Part shown: piece by piece, positions 46,373 to 58,629 of the stretch
Numbering within the stretch: position 1 is the stretch's first letter
Layout of the letters: each line of letters opens with the position of its first letter
DNA from: Penicillus capitatus
Taxonomy: Eukaryota; Plantae; Chlorophyta
Assembly (NCBI GenBank): GCA_965649825.1
Contig: OZ287704.1
Coordinates: 542,301 to 606,300 of the forward strand
Direction: 5' to 3'
DNA: 64,000 nt
Position numbers and translations under genes: made by a program
Notes under the pieces: generated by a model
Seen by the model: only the letters and a program-made list of their open reading frames with translations
The model's database searches: none
Told to the model about the DNA's origin: nothing

Positions 46373-48828
46373 CCAGGATGGCCTAGATGAGTTTATTACT
46401 TGTAGGACATTTCTGTTCAAAAGTTCATTTTAATCTGCAAAGTCCCGACGCGGGAAGGACAACGATACGCATCTATTGTGTCATTTGTGAAAATCGAACG
46501 CGTCGCCGCTTTCGTTTCTATTGCGAATGGCTTTGTTGTGACAATCAGACAAGCCGTGGTTACAGACCGTATACGTTAATTCGTAAGGCTGAAGGATGTA
46601 TCCATACGAGAGTTCTGCTCTCTAAGTACACCTCAATGCTTTTGTCGTTCGGCAGTTACCCTAAACGTCTCCATGCGTGGATCGAACGAGGCAAGGGAGA
46701 TGCATGCCTCCTAACGTGATCTGCGCGTCCGGAACATGCGGGTTGAAGTGAAAACACCTTAAGAGCAAATAGCGTCTCCGCCACACATCTATAAGACTCA
46801 GGCAGAGGAAGGTGAGCATAATTCCTTCCTAAAGCGACAGCTCATACAAGCTGTGACCATTTCTTGAGCGCTGACAGATTTCTGTCTCAGTCAACAATCG
46901 ACTTGTCATCGTGGCAGCACAATCTTTCGAACAAACCAACGCAATTTGTGTTTCCAAACCAGAAGGAAGCACACAATGTAACAAAGTCGTTAGAATCTTA
47001 TCTCTGAAGATCATCTGTAGAAATCATAAACAGATGCTTTGGTCCACTCATTGAAAGAAGAGTTACTCTCCTGGGAGCACCATGTCGATCATTACGGTTT
47101 GCGACGGGAAGCAAACTGCCACATATCAAACAGCGAAAGATCTCGAAGAATCTCTGCTGGCCGAATTCGGCGCTTGTCCCACGGGACAACATCACCGGTT
47201 ATCAGGTGAGTCGGTGTTCGGTCCTCAACAGGTCCAGCTAGGGATCGCAGCCAGACTTTGTCTGTCTAGCGATGCCGTGGACGGTTTTCCTCTTTTCATG
47301 TCTCGACCTGCCGAACGATACCCCACAATGTATTCAGCTCGTGAGATTTCTCCCGTGCAAAAGCAACTGTGACTGACACGGGATCGTTTAAACATTGCAT
47401 TACTTCCTTTGGCGTTCAAAGCTTGCCAACGTGCACGTTAAGGTCTCTTAAGTACGACCTTTTGATGGATTTGCATTTCTCCGTTGCAAAGGAACTGCTT
47501 CTGGTGTTATCAGTTGAGTTTTTTCGTGCAGAAGAGAAGCATCCTTTGATTCTACTTTCTCGGTCTCCATCTCGTTCAGTCGCCAAACAGTTCCGTTAGT
47601 ACACTGCTGTCCTCCTCCTACCGCGTGTGGCTGCAGAGTCTGCTCGCCATACGATCACATCCCAAAATTGATAACTGTTCCCTCGCAGATGTCAGCTGAC
47701 AACACGCTCTAGCGCGGCTCAGCGTGAGTCAGCAAGGCCGACCTTGGTTGAACACAGGAAGTTCTGATCTTCCCCGCGACCTCGATCCGAGTGTGTCCTT
47801 GACCATCCGGCAGGACAGTTGTTCGAAACTGCCCTCCTGATCAAACGCAAAGCACATCGCTTGTCCAGGAAACTCGCTGCTGAAGTCCTCAGCCACCTCA
47901 GAGGTCGCACCCCGAAGGGTTCGATCTGGAACGCGCACTGCGAAGAGCGAGAGGGATCGGCCGCGGATCGATCTCTTGGGGGTTTGTGTTCAGCGCGCCA
48001 GTGATGGATGGATTCGTGAGAGATGCTTCCTTTGGCTTTCCTTCCATGATGTCAGCAATGGTACTTGCACTTGAAACAAACCTGGTAAGTGTTTTTGGCC
48101 AACGTGATGCGAAGCCAAGCCTCTGGCCGGATCCCTCACTGCGGAGCCAGTTAGCATTCGGGTATGGAACACTGCCATGGTCTTTGGAAGGGCAGATTAT
48201 ACAGTGAAGTTCGCTGTCTGGCCTAGATGAGCCGAATAGAGTGCATCAAGTATTCTATGTAGACAAATCACACTTCACGTAGCCAATCAGTGGGCGAGGA
48301 TGGAGCCGTTAGCCGGAGAACTAGGTTAAGCTTCTGTATTTCTGCGAAACACATCAGCATGAGGGCACCGCTTCGTTGAACCAGTTGGACACTCTTTGAC
48401 AGAGTGGTTTCTTCGGACAACTTATGTACTCATATCCAGCTGTCGTCCTCTGGTGATAAGACAATGTCTAGAGGTTTTTCTCCCAAGGGATTTTGTCGAC
48501 GCTCGACGATCGAGGACGAGCGGCGTCGAGATGCCACAGTGGGAATCATCTTCGCCGGTTTTCTCTGTGGCGTTGGCACCGGGTGCCTTCCAAAGGCCAA
48601 TAGGGATGCAGCGGTGGATCGACGAATGGCCACGTGGGCAACCGTTTGTTCCGAGATTGAAGGTCACGGATTTAAATGACAAGTACCCATTTACGGCATT
48701 CTGCTCACTCGTCGTTCTTCATTCGTGCATTTTGCAAACTCTCCTCGAGTCTTGCCGCTTCAAGCGATAGTGCACACGCCGCAAAGGCAAACGAAGCCGT
48801 ACTTTGCTCGCCGACGCACAGTTCGACC

Positions 48829-50472
48829 ATGGTTAGCACGCGCTCCCAGAAGAGACGAAGAGAGGCGTTCGCGGAACCGTCGCCGAGAAAGAAGCTCAAC
48901 GCCGAGAAGAACAAGAAGAAGGAGTCTTCCAGACCTTCAGAACCCCGACGCCGTGCGCAACCGCACTCCCGAGCTCCGGTAAGCGACCGGTTTCCCTCTC
49001 AACTCCGAAGTCTCTCTTTCCTCGCAGCGACCCGTCCCTCGCCGTTTGATGGTCTGGGGCGACAATGGGTGTGGCCAAGCCTGGCGCGACGGGAGCAACT
49101 CCGCAGACTGGAGTGTCCCATTCGAGCCATTTTCCGAAGAAAGGCCTCAAGTGAGCGGCAACGTCAGCCCCAATGTCGACGTGCTCATATGCTCCCGTCG
49201 ACTGCAGGTTCTCAACGCAGCACTCGGCTGCATGCACACGGCGGTCCAGGTGGATGACCGCAGAATTTACACATCCGGATATAACCGCTACGGACAGCTC
49301 GGGTGGCCAACGGAGAACGGAAATCGCCACCGTTCCGACGAGCACTTCAATTCGCCGAGGACGTTCAGCCCTCTCTTCTGCTCCTCCGCCGAGATGATTG
49401 TCCAAATCGTGTGCACATTCTACGCGACCTTCGTGCTGACAAACATGGGCTGCGTCTATGGATGGGGGACGTTCCGTGACATCCACGGCAGCAAGGCATT
49501 CACCGACGGCGTCGAGACCACCTGTCACAGCGAAGTCATCTACGATGCCCGGCCACGCAACCCCGTTGTGAAGATTGCCGCCGGAGCCAACCACATCGTT
49601 GCCGTTTTGAAGGTGAATTTGGATCAAGCAAACAAGTGTGGCACTTATGGTATCCTTGTCTTGCAGAGCGGTCAGGTTCTCTCGTGGGGATCCGGGGATC
49701 TCGGCCAACTTGGCCGACCGCCTCAGACCTCGATTCGTGGCGATGCGCCAAAGACTCCGGTCGAAGGGCTCACCCCTGCTGCCATGGTCTTCCAAGAGAA
49801 GACGGTGATTGTCGACGCGTTCTGCACAGACTTCTGCACATTCCTCAAGGACACTTCGGGACGCATCTTTGCCTGTGGACTCAACGACTGTGGACAGTTG
49901 GCCATTCATCCAGGAGAGCTGTCTATCGACCAGCTGGCAGATGCAAAGGAGAGAATTCGTGCCAACATCGTCGTCACCCAGCCCACCGAGGTCGAAGTCC
50001 TCGCAGCCTTGAAGCTCAGGAAGATCGTCGGCGGAAAAGATCACTGTCTCGGCCTGACGGAGGAGGGAGCCGTGTACTCGTGGGGATCCTCCGAGTACGG
50101 GGTCCTTGGGCGTCGCGACGCGATGTCGACGATGGCAGACGGAAAGATTCTGCCCGATCCTCAGCTGGTCGACCGTTTCCAGGGTCGAGAGATGATCGAC
50201 ATCGCAGCCGGATACGTGAGTTCATGCCGGCTGTACCTGTCTGCATCTCGACCGTCTCTGTTATGCAGGTTGCCTCTGGAGCCATCGACAGCAACGGAAG
50301 CGTGTTCGCCTGGGGCAGAAACACCTTCCATCGTCTGGGACACCCAGTCGGCGAAGACCATCAAGAACCACTCCCCAGAGAAGTGAAGATTGAGCTGGAG
50401 CCGAACTGCAAGCCGACAGATCTTTTCATTGGCATGACGCATGCAGCCCTTTTGTTCGATGGTGGACACTAA
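48829..50472 (+). CDS. RCC1-family beta-propeller protein, paralog 2
   Basis: MVSTRSQKRRR...KKLN basic tail; ALGCMHTAV, GYNRYGQLG, GSGDLGQLGR, GLNDCGQL, GGKDHCLGL, GMTHAALL. Confidence 0.9.
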
Positions 50473-50946
50473 GTGATGAAACTCTATTTAAACTAGCACA
50501 CTCATTATCAATAACAGCCTCTGTTCTGTTCAAGAGCTCTCGCGTCGCGAAAAGAAGAAACCATCTACGGAATGTCTGAGATTTCTTTTCTTTCTTTTCT
50601 GCGGTTTCATCTCGTTCCTGCACTGACAGAAGATAAAGGCGTGATCGTCTGTAAATGAGGCAGAGACAATGACTCTTTTTTTCTGTAAAGAAGGCAGCGT
50701 CTTTCATCTTGTCGCAGATCGCCAGAAACGACCTGGATACAGTGATCTCCATCGGCAATCAGAGAGGAGGGAGGGACGATGTCAAAGCTCGTACCCGGGT
50801 GCGTCAAAGGATTCAATGGATGGGAGGGACATCAAGTTGGAATGTCCAACGGTCCGATATAGCAAGAGTCTCTCCCAGGCGTTGCCTGGCAGTGATAGCT
50901 CCGAACGTCGTTGCGACAACGCTTCCGAAGAAGGATGTGCTGGACG

Positions 50947-52949
50947 CTACTCACGGTGTTCGTTGCGAACCGTCACTAGGATGATAATGAAGACGAAGAT
51001 CCAAGCAGGGAGTACAGTCACGCAGGCTAATACACCTCCCCGAATAACCACTCCAATCAGCCACGGCAGACAAAACAACAAAGTCAAGAACAAACCCACT
51101 GTGGCGCACCCTGCCACCTCCGGCCGCTGGCGACCAGAGGCGGCGGGCCGCTTACTCTGGGTGATACAGACGATGTGACACTTGCGCAGCGGTAGTCGTG
51201 TCCTTCGCGTTCCTGGCCACCCCATACGGTCGAGGGCATCGTATGTGTTGCTACGCATACGGTGTCCTCGGCCGTATCTGCTTTCCATGCGTGCGCGTTA
51301 CACTTGAATCTGCCCGCCATGCGACTTCGTGGTTCTTAGTGACGGGGCAGTCGTTCGGGCCACTGTCTTCGGCGTTGGATAGCGGATCTCCGGAGATGCC
51401 TCCGTGCCAAGTTTCAGCTCAGGCGACGCGCTCGACAGGAAGTGGCCCGTGTTACAGTGAGGTGGCGCGAACTCGGTTCGGGCGTTCTGCGGCGGTGCTT
51501 TCGGCGGCGACGGCGTTTTCTGGCGGCGGCGACTCAGGACGCAGGGTTCTGGTGGTCAGGGCAGTGGCCACGGCTTTGGGGCCTCGAAATCGGACAGTTC
51601 TGCAGCTTGTTCTTGTCGATTGTGGATTGGTGTGATGCGCGAAGTATATCTTCAGGTGCGCGCATTGGGTTTTTATATGTGAGTAGGCCTTCCGGCCAGA
51701 TTCGGTGGATGTTCAGCGCAGAGGAGTCATGCGCGGCCTCGTTAGAGTGAGGCATGTGTTTTTGTGGCGCAGAGCGCCTCTACTATGTGAGTGTCCCATC
51801 AGATTCAATGAGACTCGAGTGAGATCAGTGGGGTTGGCTATGACAGAGTGAGGGACATGGTTCTGTAAGGATTTGGTGAGAGAGGAGGATGATTACTCAG
51901 CATACAGAACGCAGTGTCATGTCACATCACTGTACATAAGGTACTTCGCCGATTCTCTGTCGTTTCACGCGTCGCGTTGTCGCCACAGCAAAGCACTGAG
52001 TCATCCTCGGCCCAAAGTGCGTTACACCCACGACGACTTGATTGCGAAACCTCCTGAGAACGATCCAATTCGTGTGAAGATAGCAGTCGGACTGTTTCAC
52101 TGGCAAACAAGAACACAAGAACGTATGCGTCTCACGCCTTCCGTCATTCGGCAGGCGATTGTCAGGTGGATTTCGAATGCGGCATCCGACTGATAGAAAG
52201 AAGAATAGTCCACAGCCTCCTCCGACGCCAATGCCAATCTCAACGCTGCACCATCCAAGAATGTGCGCAGCGCAGCGAATCATGGACCTCTCTCGGCATT
52301 CCCAGTGCTTGCAGAAAAGCTCTCCTCTTGCAAAGCACTCGCACACCGATGACGCGATCGCGTAACTAGATGAGATGTTGCCCTTCCTGCGATAGCAATA
52401 CTCTCCAGTGACGTCCTCCTCCAGACATTGATAGTCCCCTTTCTTAAGTTTGATTCTGGAGCTGTCTTCTCTGCATGACCACTCTGAACAGTACCTCTGA
52501 CTCGGGGCCCTCGAGGTACATGCACAGGTCAGGGATTCCGTGAAAGAAATACCCACACATTCAATCGACTCTCGGCCGACCACACACTCGGCATATTCGT
52601 CAAAACGCTTTGTCGTGCAATCCCAGTGATCGCAAAAAGACAGCTCCGTCGGGGCACAAGTGCAATTGCCGTATTCCCTTTTCATTCGATTCTCCTCCTC
52701 CAACGACCAGTGGAGACATTGACTGCTCGTGTTTCGGAGACAATGGTAGACTTCCGATTCCGTGTTGCTGGCGGCGCGCCACAGACCGCCTCTGTAGACA
52801 CCGGACTCTGTGCAGTATCCGGCCACACGCTTCATGCGATTCCAGGACTGCAGGCCTTCGTTCAAATCGTGAGCTGTATCATTGGACTCTCCCAGTGCCG
52901 CAACAACGAGACAAGCCGCAGTACAGAGGAAGTATACAGATGCACCCAT
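50947..52949 (-). pseudogene. Second copy of the Cys/Trp-repeat membrane protein, disrupted by a solo LTR
   Basis: Paralog of 20531-21640; removing 51100-52026 plus one TSD copy restores the frame: ...RNQVVVG|LFLTLLFCLPWLIGVVIRGG...NEHRE*. Confidence 0.88.
51100..52026 (+). mobile_element. Solo LTR (927 bp)
   Basis: TGTGGCGCAC...GTGCGTTACA (8/10 terminal inverted match); 5-bp TSD CCCAC (51095-51099, 52027-52031); TGTAA at 51864. Confidence 0.88.
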
Positions 52950-55489
52950 GGTTCAAACGTTTGCCCAGTATTAAAGAATGCACCGCTGAGAACGACGTCA
53001 ACCTGGTGCTTTAGAATGCAGGGTCGGAAAGCGGTTGCTGGCGGTTTTTGTCATGACACTCTATGAGCAGCCGTCGAGCGTTGATGACTGACCGATGAAG
53101 AGGGTCACACTTATTGACAGTGTCGAAGTGATTCACTTGTAGACAGAGTGAACCGGCGACAATGGTCCAAAACCTATTCGATCGATCGTTTTTTGTCGAT
53201 ACTGATCCCGCCACGTATTTTTGCCTTCAGATCTTAGCCGTCTGACAAAGAATAGAATAAGGCTTTGACATGTCACCAAAGCTCGGTCCCTAGCGGTGAA
53301 AGGTTTAACAGAGCGCCTTGCAAGTGCTGATATGAGGTAAGACCATCCATCTCATGAGTGCCCGGGACTTGAGCAAATGGTCGTTTGTCATCGTCATCCA
53401 TGATTTCGAGCCTCATTGGTGTCGATAGTGCCAGGATGATCACTGGACTGAGACCGAAGACGATCGATGCTGTGTTTGATGAACAGTGAGGCTTTCAGCG
53501 AACCTTTCGTCTGAATATGCGACAGACGGCGTTGAAGATGTCCATCCGACGCCACCGGCTGCGAACTTTGTCTTCCAGTGCGATTCAGCGGCACGGGCAA
53601 AGGGTTCTCACGCACGGCCTATGCTCATTTCATTCCGCATGAGATCCGAGAATTTTTGCCTTTTGATGTTCGGACACATTTTGCTAGCGCGTCTTTGAAA
53701 AGAGAGACACGAGAGTCGCTCTCTGTTTGGAACCAGTTTAAACATCGTCTTTTTTGCAATAAGACTCATGCAGTGAACTGCTGCCGACACGGATTCACGA
53801 TGCACATAGATAAACATCTCCATCTCACGGCACACAGCCGTTCCATTCGATGCCGGACACCAAGAACTGCCATGAATTTCCGGATGCTCTGCGAAGGCCA
53901 TCGTTCTCTGGTTCGTCGGCGTTGCCACTGATGTATGCATCCTTCGAAGACGTTCTGACTCAAAGGAGACGACGTGTGTTTATCCATTGAGAAGCTGATG
54001 CCGCGCACACGGCGACGTCTTCCCAGGGCAGCGTAGCAGTGAAGGTGGGCCGTTCTGCTCTGCCTTCCACGTTTGAGGGAGTTAGGACCACAGACAACTC
54101 CGAAACCGATACGCGTTACACCGACGAAAACGCATTCTCGATGGCGTTCGCGATAGAAGCGTCCGAAACTGGCGGCCGCCTCGACTGTTTATTTCGTTTG
54201 GACAGCGAAGTAAAGAATTTGGAAGCAGCTCAGTGATGCTGTCCTTCCGATGCAGCAGTGACTCCATCCACATTCTCAACGCAGACAGATGAAACGGATC
54301 ATGTGATCGATGGGTATCAAGCGACCCAAGGACACACCCAGAAGATAACAGATTATCCATCCTGGTGATCAGAAGCGCACTGGATAACGATCGTTGGCAT
54401 ACAGGGCTTCATCGATGGCAGCCGAAAATGCCGAGAACTGCTGCCGACGACAAGTGGCCTCGGAATCAACAGTATCCAAGTTCAAGCGCTGGGATCTTTG
54501 TTTGGTGTCTCTTGGAGGATGCCTTTCTGGGCGATCGCTGTCATCTGATGGCCCTTGTCTCTTTGCACTGCAGCACGTTGTGGAACACTTCTGGGATCAC
54601 CTTTGAACAGTCAATGACTCGACCTGTAACCGGGATTGCTCATCTCTTGTTAAGGCCGCTAGGCAGTAGCGGTGGGTTTTGTACTCGATCACAGCACAGT
54701 TAGCAGTTCTGCTTCTCCAAGGACCATTCATCCTGAGATTAGATAACGGTCGTTGCCTGATGTCAGTCTCGGTAGCAGCCAACTTTTGAGAGTTTAAAGA
54801 CATTGTTAATGCGGCACACAGGGTGCGAAGGTCCAAGTTGACTATGCTACACACCTCAGACTGCATCTAACCTTGTGAAAGAGTAAGTGATTTTTACCCG
54901 CGGCCTCTCATGGATCAGCCATAACCGCCAATTCTGCATCCTCAGAAGTAACATATCTTCACACCTAGACAGGATAACGGCACACTCCGTTCCGTAGCAG
55001 GACCTTTGGGTGTCGGCAGCATTCTCAATCGGGACACCTGGCGCTTGTTTATTGCGCGACGGTTTCGTGGTTGGTGATTACGTCGCCATCACTAACTGCC
55101 TCACGCGGTTGCGACTTCCATTTGCGGTACAAAACCATCGGCGATTCTGCACTGTGTTGTTCCTTTCTTCGTTTCTTAAGGTTTTTGGACGTTTTTCGGT
55201 ACGTCCACCCTTTCAGCTGAATCGCTTCCGGTTGCCGCTCTCTGTACGACTTCCACCTACCGACGTCCAAGACCCTGCTTTTTCGACGCTCTCGCCCTCC
55301 GAAGCCATCTGCTCGAGAGGTCGGATGCCGACTCCGACCATTCGGCACTCCGGTTGCGCGAGCCTTCGACAATCAGTCGAATCTCTCCTCCTGCCCTCGT
55401 GGGCAACTTCTTCACACGACCAACCCCACCGGTCGTCCGCGTCACGCAAGTCGCCAGGTGACGAATTCCTCGCCCTTCACGACTGAAAA

Positions 55490-55952
55490 GGCATCGACTC
55501 GGCACTGTCTAGGTCGCGGGGCATGGAACGGTTGACGTCTGCATTGACAGCGGCAGCGAAGGACGAAGCGTCTGGGAGAATCCAGCGCGAGCCAAGCCGG
55601 TCCCAAAATGTCCGCGACGCGATGGACAGGGACATTTCAAAGAGAACAGTGGAATAGGCACCGACCGTGTCGTGGTATGGCGCCTGAAGGGGGTTTGACG
55701 GTTGACGGACCGCCATGGCAGATGCAGCGGGTTGCCGATCTTTTCTCGGATACCCGTTTTTCGTATCGCCATGGACGAGATGATCGGTGCTCCGTCTTGC
55801 GTCAAGGCGGTCAAAGAAAAACATTTGCGACGATTCCCCCGGCTGCAAAAAATCCTGTCGCTGGGAAACGAGGCCAGGCTACCACAGGCAGAACGTCAAG
55901 GTATGTTCGTTAGCCACCAAAAACTAATTCGAGTTGCGTTTCTCTAACGACG
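55490..55952 (-). repeat. Composite repeat, block B, right copy
   Basis: Reverse-complement homology to 38040-38580; abuts the satellite at about 55955. Confidence 0.85.
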
Positions 55953-55966
55953 TTCTTAGGTCAGAA

Positions 55967-58205
55967 GCCGGCCTCGAAGACAGCCGGCACCGGACAGCCG
56001 GCCTCGAAGACAGCCGGCACCGGACAGCCGGCCTCGAAGACAGCCGGCACCGGACAGCCGGCCTCGAAGACAGCCGGCACCGGACAGCCGGCCTCGAAGA
56101 CAGCCGGCACCGGACAGCCGGCCTCGAAGACAGCCGGCACCGGACAGCCGGCCTCGAAGACAGCCGGCACCCAGAAGCCGGCCTCGAAGACAGCCGGCAC
56201 CCAGAAGCCGGCCTCGAAGACAGCCGGCACCCGACAGCCGGCATCGAAGACAGTCGGCATCGAAGACAGTCGGCAACGAAGACAGCCGGCACCCAGAAGC
56301 CGGCCTTGAAGAAAGCCGGCACTCGACAGCATGCGGCGCCCGACAGCCGGCGGCTACGAAGACAGTCGGCACCCGACAGCCGGCACTCAGCAGCCGGCAG
56401 TTAAGGAAGCCGGCACCCGACAGCCGGCGGCTACGAAGACAGCCGGCACCCGACAGCCGGCATCGAAGGAAGCCGGCACCCAGCAGCCGGCTCTGGACAG
56501 CTTGCCCCGACGACAGCCAGCGGCCAAGGAAGCCTGCACCCAGAAGCGGCCGGTGACGAAGAAGCCGGCCTTGAAGACAGCCGGCACCCAGCAGCCGCGG
56601 GCCGCGAAGATAGCCGGCCCCGACGACAGCCAGCGGCCAAGGAAGCCGGCACCCAGCAGCCGGCCTTGAAGACAGCAGGCACCCAGCAGCCGGCGGCGAT
56701 AACTGCCGGCAATGATGAAGCCTACTGCTACGAAGACTGCCGGCCGCGAAGACAGCCGGCAACGATGAAGCCGGCGGCGGCGAAGATATGCCGGCACCAG
56801 ACAGCCGGCACTCAGCAGCCGGCGGCGGCGAAGACTGCCGGCCGCGAAGACAGCCGGCAACGATGAAGCCGGCGGCGGCGAAGATATGCTGGCACCACAC
56901 AGCCGGCCGCGAAGAAGCCGGCACCAGACAGCCGGCACTCAGCAGCCGGCGGCGGCGAAGACTGCCGGCCGCGAAGACAGCCGGCAACGATGAAGCCGGC
57001 GGCGGCGAAGATATGCCGGCAACCGACAGCCGGCGGCGAAGGAAGCCGGCTGCCACGAAGACAGCCGGCACCCAGCAGCCGCGGGCCGCGAAGATAGCCG
57101 GCCCCGACGACAGCCAGCGGCCAAGGAAGCCGGCACCCAGCAGCCGGCCTTGAAGACAGCAGGCACCCAGCAGCCGGCGGCGATAACTGCCGGCAATGAT
57201 GAAGCCTACTGCTACGAAGACTGCCGGCCGCGAAGACAGCCGGCAACGATGAAGCCGGCGGCGGCGAAGATATGCCGGCACCGCACAGCCGGCCGCGAAG
57301 AAGCCGGCACCAGACAGCCGGCACTCAGCAGCCGGCGGCGGCGAAGACTGCCGGCCGCGAAGACAGCCGGCAACGATGAAGCCGGCGGCGGCGAAGATAT
57401 GCCGGCAACCGACAGCCGGCGGCGAAGGAAGCCGGCTGCCACGAAGACAGCCGGCCTTGAAGACAGCCGGCGGCGAAGGAAGCCGGCTGCCACGAAGACA
57501 GCCGGCCTTGAAGACAGCCGGCGGCGAAGGAAGCCGGCAACCGACAGCCGGCAGCCACGAAGACAGCCGGCCTTGGAGACTGCCGGCATGGAAGACAGCC
57601 GGCTCCTAGAAGCCGGCACCAGACAGCCGGCAACGATGAAGCCGGCGGCGACGAAGACAGCCGGCACCCGTCAGCCGGCCTTGAAGAAAGCCGGCATGGA
57701 AGACAGCCGGCGGCCTTGAAGACAGCCGGCTCCTAGAAGCCGGCACCAGACAGCCGGCAACGATGAAGCCGGCGGCGACGAAGACAGCCGGCACCCGTCA
57801 GCCGGCCTTGAAGAAAGCCGGCATGGAAGACAGCCGGCACCCAACAGCCTGCGGCGACGAAGACAGCCGGCACCCAGAAGCTGTCGGGCGCGAAGATAGC
57901 CGGCACCAGACTGCCGGCACCCAGAGCCACGCTCTAGACATCCGGCGGCGAAGATATGCCGGCACCTAGAGCCGGCTCTAGACAGCCGACACCCAGCGGC
58001 CGGCCACGAAGACTGCCGGTACTCAGAAGCCGCATCGAAGAAAGCTGGCATCGAAGGAAACCGACACCCAGAAGCCGGCGACGAAGCGGCCTGCAGCCAC
58101 GTAGGCGGCACTCGACAGCCGGCACCCAGAAGCCGCCGGCCACGAATAAGCCGGTTCTAGACAGCCGGCGGTGACGAAGACGGCTGGCACTTAGAAGCCG
58201 GCACT
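55967..58205. repeat. GCCGGC-core minisatellite/satellite array (about 15-bp monomers, 30-bp dimers, about 484-bp higher-order duplication)
   Basis: Nine near-perfect 30-bp units GCCGGCCTCGAAGACAGCCGGCACCGGACA at 55967-56236, then variant units; the block starting about 56573 recurs at about 57057. Confidence 0.95.
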
Positions 58206-58628
58206 CAGCAGCCGGTATCGAAGAAAGCCGGACGCGAAGAAGCCGGCAACGAAGCAGCAGCAGAACTAAAGAAGCCTCCAGCGGCAGCGGCAGCAGCAGA
58301 AGAACCAGAAAGCATCCAGCGGCAGCAGCAGAAGAACCAGCAAGCCTCCAGCAGCATCAGAAGACGAACCACGAAGCATCCAGCAGCAGCACAAGAACCA
58401 GAAAGCCTCCAGCAGCAGCAGAAGAACCAGAAAGCCTCCAGCAGCAGCACAAGAACCAGCAAGTCTCCAGCAGCAGCAGAAGAACCAGCAAGTCTCCAGC
58501 AGCAGCAGAAGAACCAGCAAGTCTCCAGCAGCAGCAGAAGAACCAGAAAGCCTCCAGCAGCAGCAGCAGCAGCAGCACAAGAACCAGAAAGCCTCCAGCA
58601 GCAGCACAAGAACTAAAGCAGCCTCCAG
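58205..58628. repeat. 29-bp CAG-rich minisatellite
   Basis: CCAGCAGCAGCAGAAGAACCAG(C/A)AAG(T/C)CT units with 29-bp spacing (AAGTCTCC at 58461, 58490, 58519). Confidence 0.9.
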
Positions 58629-58629
58629 T

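Noticed and set aside
47082-47215. Weak ubiquitin-like pattern (TAKDLEESLLAEFGACPTGQHHRL)
   Set aside because: Too short and divergent; the downstream frame closes quickly.
48896-50044. 382-aa minus-strand ORF; also 44933-46180 (+, alternative frame)
   Set aside because: Antisense or alternative-frame shadows of the RCC1 genes.
55967-56236. CRISPR-like 30-bp repeats
   Set aside because: Head-to-tail tandem units with no unique spacers, no cas genes, eukaryotic context.
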